Both the position numbers and the translations under genes were made by a program. A DNA stretch of 61,727 bases, counting the filler, from Choristocarpus tenellus KU-1152 (taxonomy: Eukaryota > Protista > Phaeophyceae): assembly GCA_964200185.2 (NCBI GenBank). It is 10 parts of 10 records of this genome, joined end to end, with 100 filler letters (N's around TTAATTAATTAA, not from the genome) between each part and the next. Parts side by side here need not be neighbours in the genome. Positions count along the whole stretch, not along the records: positions 39,080 to 51,700 come from CAXNAD020001761.1; positions 51,801 to 56,284 come from CAXNAD020014343.1; positions 56,385 to 61,727 come from CAXNAD020011086.1; 7 more parts are not named here. One strand, 5' to 3'. The notes below the pieces were generated by a model. The model was not told the DNA's origin and ran no database searches. It saw only the letters and a program-made list of their open reading frames with translations. The stretch's first letter is position 1. Each line of letters starts with the position of its first letter. This document shows, in pieces, positions 49,449 to 61,727 of the stretch.

Positions 49449-51800
49449 TTTTGGGGGAGGGGCATGGACCAGGATGTGTAGAGTTCTTTTTAGGGTACAT
49501 TGACTTCCTGTGGTCGTAGATGGTTGCTGTGTAGATAACGGAAGTACGGGTAGGATGATATTCCATTTTTGTTATGTGCTTCCCCATTCGCATACTTTTT
49601 TCTCATTACACAAGACCACCTCTGTTCTTATTTGCAACCCGCGTGGTCCAGAGTCAGCAATAGGTTTTGAGGGATTTTGCGACTTTGACCGAGCTGAAGA
49701 GAGATGCCACAGGAAAGAGAAGTAGCCAAAAATGTACCCAACATTTAGTTTACCAGTTGGGTTAAGCCCATCACAACTTGATCAGTCAGCCCTTTTTTCT
49801 GGGCGTGAGGAAGACTGATTATTTTAGGAGCAGAATTGCCGAAGAGGGCAAGCGTGTCACATTATAGAAATCAATAGTCTATTATACTCCAGTATAAATA
49901 TTACAATGGGTTGTGCGGGGGAGCACTGGAGGCTTGACGTGTCTTGAGTCCTGTACTCCTGTTGTGCTCTGGTCATTCACCCACAAGGTCACATTGTCGT
50001 TTGGTCTTGTCATGTAGTGGGGTTAGGGATACATATGCATTGCACACAGAACGGACACCTTCCATAACTTATAATCGCCTTCAGCAACATAAGATAGAAG
50101 TACACCATGCTTGAGAAGACCATACACACATCTCTCCAAGTTGTTCTTGTGTGGCAATAGGTGTTTCTGGAAGCATAAGGACAAGGGTATCGGCAATCCT
50201 TGCCTCCTTTTCCCCCCTTGCATTTCGTTTTTGCGGACATTCCACATTGTTGCTGTTGGGAAGGACACACTGTGAGTCGATGCAGGATCTTTCTGTTCGA
50301 TTCTGATATAGTACTTGCTGCTCTTGCACATGTGCATTTCCACCTCGGGAGAATTTTGTTGCGGCAATAAAAACTAATTTTGAAACTGGAACGGTCTACA
50401 AGGTTAGTTTGGTACTGCTGATATACTTCGAAGTCGATATTAAGCTCTCTTTTGTCCCAGATGCATATCCAGTACATAGGTACTGTAGTGCTGTAAGGAG
50501 CACTGTTCATAGTGGACCCTGGAAAGGGAGAGTACTAGTGGTTTGAATTGTAGTGGGGTATCACAAAAAGGGACATTCCTGCCACAAAGACTATCATTTC
50601 ACCATCAAAACAGAAAATACACAGCTGTAACAAGTATGTTGTAAACCGAAAGAATTTGTAGTTACACAAATATTCAAACTAGTTATGTTTTTCGATGAAT
50701 TGAACTGTTAGCGCACAAGGCACAAGGTCCACCACTGGTGAGGAGCCCTACCAAAGGCCCGAAATATTGACTTACACCCTTAATCTGTGCTCTTTCTCCA
50801 TCACAAGAAGATTGATCTCCTACGATATCTGAGACAGGCTATTGGTCATGTTTTGCTCAAGGAAGATGGAAGGAGATGTGACTGAGCAGCTGAGTGCGAA
50901 AAGCGAAGATATATTTATTGTGGTTTCAACACCGGTCTCTTTTACACACGGAATTATTGGGAAGTATACATAAAAAGGACACAGACAACCCGCACAGCAA
51001 CCAAAACAGAGATCTGCATTGATTGTAACTTCACAGCAGTACAATAAATAATAATGGATATTTAAATATTGAATGACATCATTCTGAACATGAAATTAGT
51101 GGGTAGGCGCAACCACCAGTCTCAGAGGGCAAATTTCTAGGTACTCTTAAAGTACCATTTTAGGGAGTGTGAGAGATTGTTACGCATGCTCACAAATCTC
51201 AAGATCACATGTCCAGAGGTGTTACGAGCATCAGTGACAGTGTGTACACTCGCTGAAAAAAAAGTTACCTGTATTGTGGAGGGATGGAGTCGTATTGTAG
51301 ACATAGGTGTCAATACGTTGTACCATAATTCGGGTTGGCAAATCAGATATATCAACTACCGTATGGAAGACCCACTAGGGTCGTGCTTGACAGATTGCTG
51401 GCATTGACATGTCCAACAGAGTCTACTTTCACGAGGAACCTGATGGTGACCACCCCCTGTTCTGATTCGTTCTGTGGGAGGATATCATTGAACGAGTGTA
51501 GGCATAATCATTCTTGTTGTGAATGTTAACATAATTCTGATTGCAACCTTTGTTTTGCTCACGAATTCTGGATTATTACTATTCTTTTATTTCTATTTTT
51601 GCATTCCTCCCTAATCCTCTTCTCTCCTTATTCTAACAACCCTTGTGACCAACCAGTGCGACCTCTTCGCCCCTGATTTCCAGCCACTGCACCTCTGATG
51701 NNNNNNNNNNNNNNNNNNNNNNNNNNNNNNNNNNNNNNNNNNNNTTAATTAATTAANNNNNNNNNNNNNNNNNNNNNNNNNNNNNNNNNNNNNNNNNNNN

Positions 51801-51930
51801 GGGGGTCTACACCAGGGTGTCTATTCGGCGATGACCAGGAAAAGTGCACTTTATCCATCCAATGCAAGAAACTAAATCACCCAAAAATCCCAGTATGGAA
51901 AAATGTGCCCCAAACGGACAGCTGCCACCC
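51801..51930. mobile_element. MITE family B, partial at contig start
   Basis: GGGGGTCTACACCAGGGTGTC...GACCAGGAAAAGTGCAC...CCCCAAACGGACAGCTGCCACCC. Confidence 0.8.
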
Positions 51931-52998
51931 CTAATTAAGAGTTCATGGCAATGGCATTGCTCTTGCTCTTTTTGGAATGATGCCATCCCACTGTGTTCAT
52001 AGCGAGGAAGTGTGTCATGCAACTGCCGTAAACATTTGGTTGACTGGTTGGTGATACAATCGAACAATAGTTGACTTCACCCCTTTATGATGTTGTTATA
52101 GGTCGTAATATTAATAGTTTGTGCATGCAATATGGGTGAGCCTTGAGATGGCTTCGCCCAGGAAACAAATATCCCATGCTTGAAGTGTTTTGTTTGAGGT
52201 TATTTTTTCAAGGACCCCAACTACTTGCAAGTTGATGACTGTGTGGGAAGACTCAGCAGGCGGACACTGCGATGTGTTTCTGCTACAATTTGTTGTTGAG
52301 TATTTTTCATAGCTTAGGAGAGTGACAATGTAGCTGCTTTGAAACTGTTTCAGGTGTTTGGAGTGGTATGACATATTGATTTCAGTGTCGATCACCAATT
52401 ATTGCACAATGCACAGCTTTATGGTCAAATATTTATATCTACAAAGATGGTGCTTCAGCTGCATTGACTTTAAGTTATGACTTCTGACTGATTTTGTACC
52501 TGTACAAAACTTTTTTGTTTTATGTAAAGTAAGTTCGCTCAGCATGGGTTACGTGTATGCAATACAATTATGTATGAGATGTATTACCTACCTACAATAT
52601 TTTATTGTGTTCAGATCAAGATTGTCATTGGTTCTGCTTACATGATGGACTTTGAATTGTTTTTTTGCCTGGCATTCCCACTGATTGGTCTTCAAGAAGC
52701 TGTGTTATTTCATATTGCAGTACTCTTGCATTATTCTCAGCTTTGAGATATATTTGTATGCAAAAGTGAGATGGTCGTTTTGGAATCTGAAGGATCACTT
52801 CGGATTTACTTCGGATTTTGTGCCGACTTTGCTCTGAAAGTTGGTCACATCTAGTTGTAAATAGTGGAATCCATGTGATCATGGGCTAATTTGATGGCAC
52901 ATGCCTCATCTAATGTGAAAGGTAGGGTTGCATGGTGAGTCCTGGTGAAGTTGCAGGTGCAGTAGTCTTATCTTTTGTTGGATTTGAATTTCTCCATT

Positions 52999-53124
52999 GG
53001 CTCAAAGTATCTGGGGGGAGGGGGGGGTCTACACAAGGGTATCCATCTGATGCATGCAAAATTGTGTTATGGAAAAATGGGCCCCAAATGGACAGCCACC
53101 ACCCACCCCCAGATACTTTGAGTC
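52999..53124. mobile_element. MITE family B, copy with both TIRs
   Basis: GGCTCAAAGTATCTGGGGG ... CCCCCAGATACTTTGAGTC. Confidence 0.85.
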
Positions 53125-53133
53125 ATGTCTATT

Positions 53134-53391
53134 GAGTGTAAGTATCTTAGAGGGTACGAGTTTTGCCCTGTTTGTCCATTTGGGGCTTGGCTTCCCACGG
53201 GTATTTAGTGGCATTTTACCTACCCGGAAACATTTCAGATTAGGTTATATATATACGTCATTAAAAGGTGTGTCCGGAAAAAAAAAATGACACTTCCTAA
53301 CAAACACAATAGCTAAAAGTACGTGAAAATCGTAACATTGGATTTTGCCCCCCAAATGGACGCGGCTATGCCGTCTAAGATGCTTGGACTC
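53134..53391. mobile_element. MITE family A, full length
   Basis: GAGTGTAAGTATCTTAGAGGGTA...TGCCGTCTAAGATGCTTGGACTC. Confidence 0.9.
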
Positions 53392-54622
53392 ATTTGCAAC
53401 ATTATTAATTGAGTTCAGGGTTTTGCTCTTTAGATTCCGCCGTGTTGTTTCTCAGTGACGTTGAGCCTAATGGGTTTTAAGAATACAAACCGTAGTGACC
53501 ACTCAGAGTTGTTCTAGCTAGGTTATTCCAAGAAACTCCTCCAATGCAATTCAACCGGGAGGTACCCAGGTTTTGGCTGATTTGCATTTAAATCTGTTTT
53601 TCAATCTTTTGCAATTCACCCATATTTCTATGGATGAGGTTTTAAGTTTTGACTTGAGAGCGTTTATTTCTGTATTGTTCTAAAAGTTTCCAATGCAATT
53701 CAGGAAATATCCTGTACACACTTGTGAAAAAGTCGAATTTTGCACAAGAGTTAGCATCCTTAATGTGTAACTCTACCTCTACCTCTCGTTTACTTCGACT
53801 CTCCAACTGTATCGGATATTGCTAGTTGGAGTCACAATATGACAGTTATTAGTTGGTAAACCCAGAATTGGATGGATTGAAAATTATGTTGGAGTCTATT
53901 CGAACACACGTTTCACATGCTGAGGATCAAGGACCATCATGACTCATTGGATTACCTGAGTTGTTGCTGCTGGAGTTTCTTAGCAATATGCTGACTGCTT
54001 AAAAACCTGTGACGATACAGGTGAAAAATCACTAGCAGGTCTGGTGCGTAACCATGAGGGATGCCATCAGAGATCTTTTTCCCCTGGACAGATATGCTGC
54101 TAGGATAGTGTGATGATGGTATACACGGTGAATGGTATCAATCTCATGTCACAGCAATAGGAGAATATAGCAGCAATTGCTTGACCCCTAAGCAGTAGAT
54201 ATTTGTAACTATTATCAAACACCCTCCCCTCCCTTCTACCTGTAGTCCAACCGTGTTTTGCTAAACGTTGTGTTGAGGTGATGGTTCACCTAGAATGTGG
54301 TTTGCTTTGTTCCTCTCTGGCAGTGTCCTAGCCTGTGGTACTTTCATTAGTTATTAATGGATTCCAGTTAGCCGTTTAGAAGTGAAGTTTTTACTCATAG
54401 ACCCCACCTTAACGCATGCACATAGCTCGATCATGAAACTTCTCCCAAGGCACGCACAGGCCCTCTTTGTGCCTTTTCTCCTGGTGCTGCTGGAACATAG
54501 TAGCTGGTAGTTGCTGAAGCTTCCCATTTTTTCCCCAGTCACAGGCTACACAACCCTCACTGTTACAGCACACTCCAAAGTTGACCTCGATGGAATGTGT
54601 AGCTCCAGTCTACAAGCCTATA

Positions 54623-54702
54623 GGTGGTGGCTGTCCATTTGGGGCCCATTTTCCCATGTCGCGATTTCTGGGCGATTTGGTTGTATGCATCAGATGGATA
54701 CT
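54623..54702 (-). mobile_element. MITE family B internal fragment, inverted
   Basis: GGTGGTGGCTGTCCATTTGGGGCCCATTTTCCCAT...TGCATCAGATGGATAC matches the reverse complement of 53039-53100. Confidence 0.75.
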
Positions 54703-55426
54703 GTATTTTATATACCCACTTGTGTCTAGCTTAGTATCCTTGTGATGAGGAAATATTGAAAAATATACTGACCGCAGAATGTTTTCTCCTTAATTTTCTA
54801 TGCTCCTGATCTACTCGAATTTTATCCTGCTCTTTTCTAGAGACTTTACCTTTTTTTCGGTAATATCAATTTCGACACTAAGGCTTCTAACTGATCTTGG
54901 TTTGTAGGTGAATAATATCCTCGATCAAAACTTGCGGAATATATTGGTAAACTCCTTTTTTATCTTTGTGATTATTGGCTGTCATTGATTTGTGTCGTAG
55001 TTATTGTTTTGATTTGATTAATTGAATTAATGGTCTCAGTGATAATAATACAGTGAAACATAGTACCGAAACGACCTTTCAATAGACGCGCACTGACTTT
55101 TGATATACATTGGTAAGCATGGTACATGGGGAGGGTTGGGGTATGTCAGAATATTAGCAAACCCCTGTGTCTACCAAACAGGTAGTAACCCTAACCCTAA
55201 CCCTAATGTTCTAACTTAAGCTAATCCTGGGATCGCAAGCTTTTGACTTGGTTGTTGAAACCTGAATTTGAATTTATCGTGCTTTCTTGTGATGTGGCTA
55301 GCTTGTGGTGAAGAGGTATCATAGTGCAATAAAGCACTGCTGTACTTGTTCTGGTAGATCTGACGACATGCTTTTGCTCAATCAGGTGATTGTTGATGTG
55401 AAGCTGTGGATATTCATTGAGCTGAA

Positions 55427-56011
55427 TTGGGAACTTGCACAATTGCTGAAGCCGATTTTCCTCTCAAACCAGGTACCAGACCTATTAATCTAGCACCATA
55501 TCGAACCAATCCACATGTTAGAGGTATTATTGATAAATGTGTTCAAGATTTTCAAAACCAAGGATTAATTGAAGCTCGTTCTAGCCCATGGGGTTCCCCT
55601 GTTACTATTATTGCCAAATCAGATGGGATGCCAAGATTCTGCATTGATTATCGAAGGGCCATAAATAAACACCTCATTAAACATTCTTGGGCCATGCCCT
55701 TAGCTGAAGAACATCTTGACTCTATTGGTGCAGCAAAATTTCTTTCTGTTGCAAATGTTCAATCAGCATATCATTAAATTCCTGCGGCGGAAGCAGACAT
55801 TGACAAGACTGCTTTTGTCACCCATAAAGGCAAGTTTGTATGCAAACGACTTCCTTTTGGTTTGAGCAATGCTCCATTTATTTTTCAACGCATGATGACT
55901 CAAGCTCTATCTGATTTTAGCACAGGGTCAGGTCTACTTTGTTACATGAATGATCTCATTCTTTGTTCTGCCACTTGGGACCATCACATAACTTTACTTG
56001 AAAAGCTTTTT
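55427..56011 (+). mobile_element. Ty3/Gypsy reverse transcriptase fragment, inactivated and interrupted by a MITE
   Basis: PINLAPYR...SSPWGSPVTIIAKSDGMPRFCIDYR...SAYH*IP...KTAFVTHKG...RLPFGLSNAPFIFQRMM...CYMNDLI; stop at 55775-55777. Confidence 0.95.
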
Positions 56012-56235
56012 GAGCTAAAGTGTCTTAGAGGGTAGAGCTGCGTCCATTTGGTGTCAAATTCCAATGTGTTGCGATTTTGATGTAATTTTGGCTATCGTGT
56101 TTGTTAGCAAGTGTCAATATCTATGTTTTGGACACACCTTTCCATAACATACAGATTTTACCTACTCCTAAACATTTTGGAGTAGGAAAATGCCATAAAA
56201 GATCCCATGGACGAACAGGGTAAAACTTGTACCCT
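56012..56235. mobile_element. MITE family A inserted in the Gypsy RT; its far TIR is interrupted by family B
   Basis: GAGCTAAAGTGTCTTAGAGGGTA...AAACTTGTACCCT followed directly by GGGTCATAGTATCTGGGG. Confidence 0.9.
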
Positions 56236-56284
56236 GGGTCATAGTATCTGGGGGGGGGGGGGGGGTTTGTGAGGGGGGGTCTGT
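56236..56284. mobile_element. MITE family B terminus at contig end
   Basis: GGGTCATAGTATCT plus G-tract plus GGGGGTCT. Confidence 0.8.
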
Positions 56285-56384
56285 NNNNNNNNNNNNNNNN
56301 NNNNNNNNNNNNNNNNNNNNNNNNNNNNTTAATTAATTAANNNNNNNNNNNNNNNNNNNNNNNNNNNNNNNNNNNNNNNNNNNN

Positions 56385-56590
56385 GTTGCGATTTTGATGT
56401 AATTTTGGCTATAATGTTTGTTAGGAAGTGTCAATATCCTTGTTCTGGACACACGTTTTCATAAAGTATACATTTTATCTACTCCGAAACATTTTGGAGT
56501 AGGAAAATGTAATAAAGAAAACCATGGAAAGCCAAGTCCCAAATGGACAAACAGGGAACACAACTTGTACCCTCTAAGACACTTTCACTC
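56385..56590. mobile_element. MITE family A, truncated by contig start
   Basis: Ends TACCCTCTAAGACACTTTCACTC. Confidence 0.9.
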
Positions 56591-57969
56591 TGGAAATAAA
56601 CGTATTGTAGGTGCCCATACGATATACTATTACTCTCACCTTCCTGAAGTCTCCTTCCAGTTCCGTGCTGAGCTGGCAAACCGTCACTCAATGTGTTGTG
56701 GTGGGACATGAATAACATATAGCAGACGCAAACTCTCGGCAACTACTCTCTATCTCCTCTCCTATCCAAAAAGCACTTATCTCCCGCCGCTTGCTTGTCA
56801 TGTACTCTAGGATGCATGCACCTCAGGCAAGATTAACATGCAATGTGTGTGACACAAGCACCAAGGGAAGGAGGGGGTGGGAGGAGAGACATCATGAAGT
56901 TATGTGTTTCTTATTCTGTGGTCACCAACTCTTGACATAGTGTCCATTTCCACCAGGCAAAGGAGGTGGGGGCGAAGGGGAAAATTCCTGCGAGGGAGGG
57001 CGATGTCCATCCCCTAGCTTCCAATTTTCCCTTCCCATTCACTTGAGATGTTAGTTTGAGGTTAGATTGCCTTTGACTTGTTTCGAGAGAGTCACAAACT
57101 ACATGCTACCCCATCGTGGCCCCACCCTTCCCACCCATATTGATCCTCCAGACCTTCTTCGTACACCTTAGGCAATGCCTAAGCTAATACCTGTGTTTTG
57201 CTGCCAACATAGTTGACATTGACGTCTCCTTAACAAACTCATATCCTCTCCGCTACCCTCTAGATTATATCGACACATCAAACCCTCACCCTAATCAACC
57301 TCTCCTCCCCGAATACAGTTGTTGCTGCAACTATTGCTCTCCAAATGTCAAAATGCTTTTTCGGAGTCCCATCGCTTTCTCACCTCTCCCCATCCAAACC
57401 CACCCCTTGTCCTGTTTCTGATGCACTCGTTCCTACTGTTCATGAAGGCATTGACAGCGATGTGATGGTGTGGAAGATAGGGCCAGCACTGGATGAGTTG
57501 ACCTGTCAGTTGGTGTGGTCGAAGAACCACTCCCCAGTGAGGTGCCCGATACCGCCTTCCAATACCTTGGAAAACTACAAGTATCAATATTGTGACAAAA
57601 TGGACAGGGGAATTAAAAAAGATGGAAAGGGGGTGCAAGATGGACCTGTCCCTGCTAGCTACCCTCCCCTCTGTTCTTTGTAAGTAGGAACCTGTGTCTT
57701 CCCTATCGCCATTGCTTCATCTACAACATCTGCACTAAAATCTCTTAGGATGAGAACAGAACGTATCTTCCTACATGGAGAGTCAACTTCAACCTCTTCT
57801 TCTCCCCCCCTTGCTGACCCCCCAGACCCTATATTATCTACACATGTCACCTCCCCCCCTCATTCAACAGATTTTGTGCGACTTTCCTTTTGAAATGCTT
57901 GCAATTATGCTGCTGTCTGTGTAATACTGTGACTTGTCCTGTCAGGAGACGAGCTTGTGGGTGTCTGCA

Positions 57970-58228
57970 GAGCCAAAGTATCTTAGAGGTTAGAGCCACG
58001 TCCATTTAGGGGTTCGAATCCAATGTTGCGATTTTGATCTAATTTTGGCCATCGTGTTTTTTAGGAAGTGTCAATATCTACGTTTTGGACACACCTTCAC
58101 ATAATGTATACATTTTACCTACTCCTAAACATCTTGGAGTAGGAAAATTTCATAAAAAAACTCATGGGAAGCCAAGCTCCAAATGGACAAACAGGACAAA
58201 ACTCGTACCCTCTAAAATGCTTTCACTC
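57970..58228. mobile_element. MITE family A, full length, TSD TGCA
   Basis: TGCA-GAGCCAAAGTATCTTAGAGG...TACCCTCTAAAATGCTTTCACTC-TGCA. Confidence 0.95.
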
Positions 58229-58699
58229 TGCACACAAAACACAACCCCCACTGACGTGTGGCACTTAGGAGAGGTGAAGCTGGGTGTGCTTGGGAGGAAG
58301 AGTTCATGGTCATTGAAGGACTACTCCCTTCCTTCAGACCAATATTTTGTCTCTTACGGCATGCCCCATACCATCATGGCAATGTCCATTTTTTCGTGTA
58401 TGTTTCTTTCTGCTTGCTCTCACCTGAGCAGACACCTCACGGTGTACAAAGTGGAGACAACGGAGGAGTTCAAAAAGTATGTTGGCACTGTTCAGAGACC
58501 GTGACGAAGCACCAAGGTATTAAATGGTGTATTTTCCCCATGAATCTACTATGTGGGGCAGGGGGGAAATGCGATGAGACCATGTTCCCTCTTGTGCATC
58601 GCAGACTGGACCGGATTGCCGTCGTTACCAATGAAGATTGTACACAAACAAAAGTCTGGACAATGGAAGGTACGTCTGGATGCCTGTCACACCTGTGAC

Positions 58700-59350
58700 T
58701 CTAAGAACGTTACACTCGGAGGCAAGAAGTCCACATGCGATCTCCGCCCCGACCCTACAAACATAGAGATCCAGACTTGTTGCCCATATAGGGTAGGGCC
58801 TAGATGTGTTCCTGCCTCTAACGCAATAAGACTCACCTTCTATCTTGTGCTGATGGAGACTCCAGACGGACGATCAACCAGATTTGAGAAGAGATCCGTC
58901 ATTCCGGTGCTCCACCCTCCAGATTCCAAGATCCACTGAACCAATACTCTATGCGGTAAGCAGAGACAAGATTTTATTTAGGCGTGGGGGGGGGGCAACA
59001 GCAGATTGGTTTGCTGCTTCAGATATTATATGCATGTGTTGAAATCATTTGTAAAACGTCCGTATCAGAAACCATCCGTCTCGAAGAAAAAGAATGAATT
59101 TTGCACCATATTGTGTACCTCGCAACTACAGCTGTTTGAACGAGGCTGGGTATTGAGTAGAAGACGGGAAGAAACATCACGGACCTGTCTATCCCTCTTG
59201 GTCAACACTTTCCATCATCCATTCCATTTAGCGTAGAACATTATTGCACTTGACATTTTCCAAAGGTCGAAAAGCAATATTATCCAAGTGTGCGCTGTAT
59301 CAACAATCCCTACAGAACTGAGGATTACCAGCCATAGGAAACTCCTGCCA
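58700..59350 (-). mobile_element. Decayed Ty3/Gypsy RT-RNase H relic
   Basis: AHLDNIAF (~59285, degenerate YLDD) upstream of SLIALEAGTHLGPTLYGQQVWI (~58800, resembles RNase H LAIV.A..HFRPYLYG..F). Confidence 0.4.
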
Positions 59351-61206
59351 CTGCAGGTTATTCAAGCCGCCTAACCCTCTATTTCCAACCAACCGTCGCA
59401 GTATGTGATCGAGGAACCATATACATATTGCAGCTTCTTGAAGAGAGAGAGAGAGACCGACCTACGACAGAGCAAGCAAAACAATGGCAAACCAGGCAAG
59501 AGACAGGGTGGGTTGTTGTAAGGCTGTCAGTGGCCAGTCGGTACATAGTAGCACGGTTGGCGACGAGATCGGTGGAAGATGGACGCTGTGGAAGAAGCGT
59601 CACTTGCCGTTCGGTCGGACCCGTGGTCGATGTGACCAGACAATGGTCATGAATCCACCCCAGCATCAATGTGATCGGCAAGGGGAACCAAGAAGGACAT
59701 TACAGCGGGTATTGTACAGGCGTTGGGAGAGAGCATTCATCGTAGAGATCTGCAGGTGGGTGCATGAGCACTGGTGTCACCTCATCTGCGTTGTCCAACC
59801 CATGGGCTGCCTTGGTGTCAATAGGGTAGTGACTATGGTGACCTGTAAAGGGGCAACGGGGTTCACATGGTCGGTTGAGTTGTCCGGTCCATGTAACTTT
59901 GGATGGCAGAAGGCACATCAGAGTGTCCCTAGAACCTAGCACAATAACACTTCATGCACAGTAGGAAGGAGGAAGGAGAGAATCACATTTTGTGAACTTA
60001 GAATATACTTGGTATAGTAGTGAGTCGGACAGTTCTGACCTAAGTTAGCGAAGAGATCAGATACTTCCTATTATATATTAGTATCAAGAGTGTAGAGGAT
60101 TGTGTATGGGCCATTGGAATATAAATGATCACTGATGTTCGAATACGTGTTCAATATACGTATACGACCTATTCCTATAAATTTATGATTCTGTACATCA
60201 CATGGAGTAGACTATTGGCAATAAGGGTCAGAGCCCTTCGATTCGTAAACGCCAACGGCTCTAGTGCTCTCCATTTCCATTTCCGTCTCCCTTTGTGTCA
60301 GTAATGTCTCTCTTTGTGTGTGTGCATCTCTGCGTGTGTGAATTATTGACCATCTACTGAGCCACCTACAAGCCGTGGTGGTAGTAGTATTCTTATTCTC
60401 TGTACCATGACGGATCATTGGTCCCTTAGTAAAGAGGGTGGTGCAGTAAACTTACGCGTATGCGTGTCTTGATTACTGACACGACTGAGAAGCAAGTTTC
60501 ATCGTCCCCATTCTCCTGTGTAGATTGCAGCAGCAGAAAGATAGTAGAAGGTGTCGACTAGAACCACCTTGATTGTGTCCACTCCGGTTCCTTTTTGCTT
60601 GGACTTCACCAGATGTTTCCTGACAGAAAATAGCAGTGGATGTAGGTGCCCATACTATAGATTATTACGTGCACGAGAAACACGAAAAGTGTCAGCAAGA
60701 GAGCACATGGCACCAACGTAACTTCTTGAATGCGTTTCTATTACGAGCACAAATGTGCCTGGCATGGCATTTCACCTTGAATCCGTGAGTGAGTGTGTTG
60801 CCTATCATCCAACACAGAGAAATGTTTGGAATAGTAGAGCATGTCCACGTAATGAAAACACAGTGGTGTGCCACACTTCAGTGACTCTGCACTTTCACTA
60901 CATTTTAACTTCACTCGATCTTTTTTGTCAATACTTCATTCAAGTTAACGTCAATTTGGTGTTCAGTAGTCCAGCAAGTGAGAAGAATCGGGGTAATTAA
61001 CTATATTATATTGCTGTAGTGAAGTCCAAGGAGTTACAGGATCACTGCTGGCTATCCCAGTAGTAAACGATAGTACCCAAAATCACCTCGGTCAGATTAC
61101 TCCTTCCGTCCTTACGTGTGAAAGCTGATCACGCTCAATTTCATTTCAATCTTGTAGAAACTATAGGAACTGACAGAGAAGCAGTCTCAGGACTGTCCGG
61201 AACAAC

Positions 61207-61443
61207 ATGCATAGCACTTCATACTTACTAGTGTTTCGTGGACACTACTTCAACCTAAAGGTGATGCAGACATTACACACATTACACAGAGTCTACTGGG
61301 CGCACAGCTCTCCATGCATACAGAGTAGGTTAACCAAAGATCAAGAAGTACCTAAGAGGATTGGATGCCAGAAGAATTACAAGGATGGAGAGCAACAGAT
61401 CAAAACCATCTCAGAGAGGGGTATTGAGTTTAGAGTGCTCTGA
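61207..61443 (+). mobile_element. Possible decayed LTR-retrotransposon integrase Zn-finger fragment
   Basis: GH...TL..L.RVYW...IGCQKN resembles the HHCC region; weak. Confidence 0.25.
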
Positions 61444-61667
61444 TGAGTGACGACTGGTCATGGTACACGTATATTGGGAGCAATGGAGGGCACTTTCGGG
61501 CAACAACACTGTACTCGAAGCTGATCTTTTCTACAGTCACACCACACCCAACAAACGGGGGTTAACTGCAATTCAGGCATGGGGATAGTGCATATTGCAC
61601 AAGGTTCAAAAAGACACCGAAACTCAAAAGAAGGAAAATCGACGTACCTCTGAGGTGGTTTCACTCA

Positions 61668-61727
61668 AGCTCAAAGTATCTGGGGGGGGGGGGGGGGGCG
61701 CCCCTGGTTGTCCATGGGACCAAAAAT
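61668..61727. mobile_element. MITE family B terminus at window end
   Basis: AGCTCAAAGTATCT plus long G-tract. Confidence 0.8.

Noticed and set aside
50010-51530. Cys-rich ORFs or a possible retroelement relic
   Set aside because: No recognisable motif order or splice-supported exon; cannot be supported without a search

Overview
Eukaryotic, intron-rich and transposon-rich DNA; gene style, flagellar gene and TTAGGG repeats suggest a stramenopile or brown-alga-like genome (inference). The window is not one locus. It is 10 small contigs joined by an artificial 100-nt linker (N44-TTAATTAATTAA-N44), so adjacency across linkers carries no meaning. Spliced host genes (mostly partial): a class I SAM methyltransferase that may continue into a riboflavin-kinase domain, one cytosolic PheRS-alpha exon, the middle of a HUWE1/UPL1-type HECT E3 ligase, an axonemal dynein light chain domain exon, an EXD3/Mut-7-like DEDDy exonuclease, and an apparently complete Mpv17/PMP22 gene. 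There is also a degenerate tRNA-Lys(UUU). Repeats: 10 copies of a ~260-bp GAG...CTC MITE with 4-bp TSDs (Sola2-like), a related G-tract MITE that sits at many contig breaks, a TG...CA hairpin MITE, and decayed Ty3/Gypsy pol relics. The most unusual region is contig 1: a five-exon, now decayed gene encoding a ParB/Srx-like domain (GRVLDGNHR) followed by a probable HTH. Its first intron holds a tandem array that reads as 57-58-nt GT-AG introns separated by three 7-nt micro-exons (21 nt, frame-neutral), and a palindrome- and repeat-rich AT-rich region lies upstream. Three frame-supported GC-AG introns were also found.
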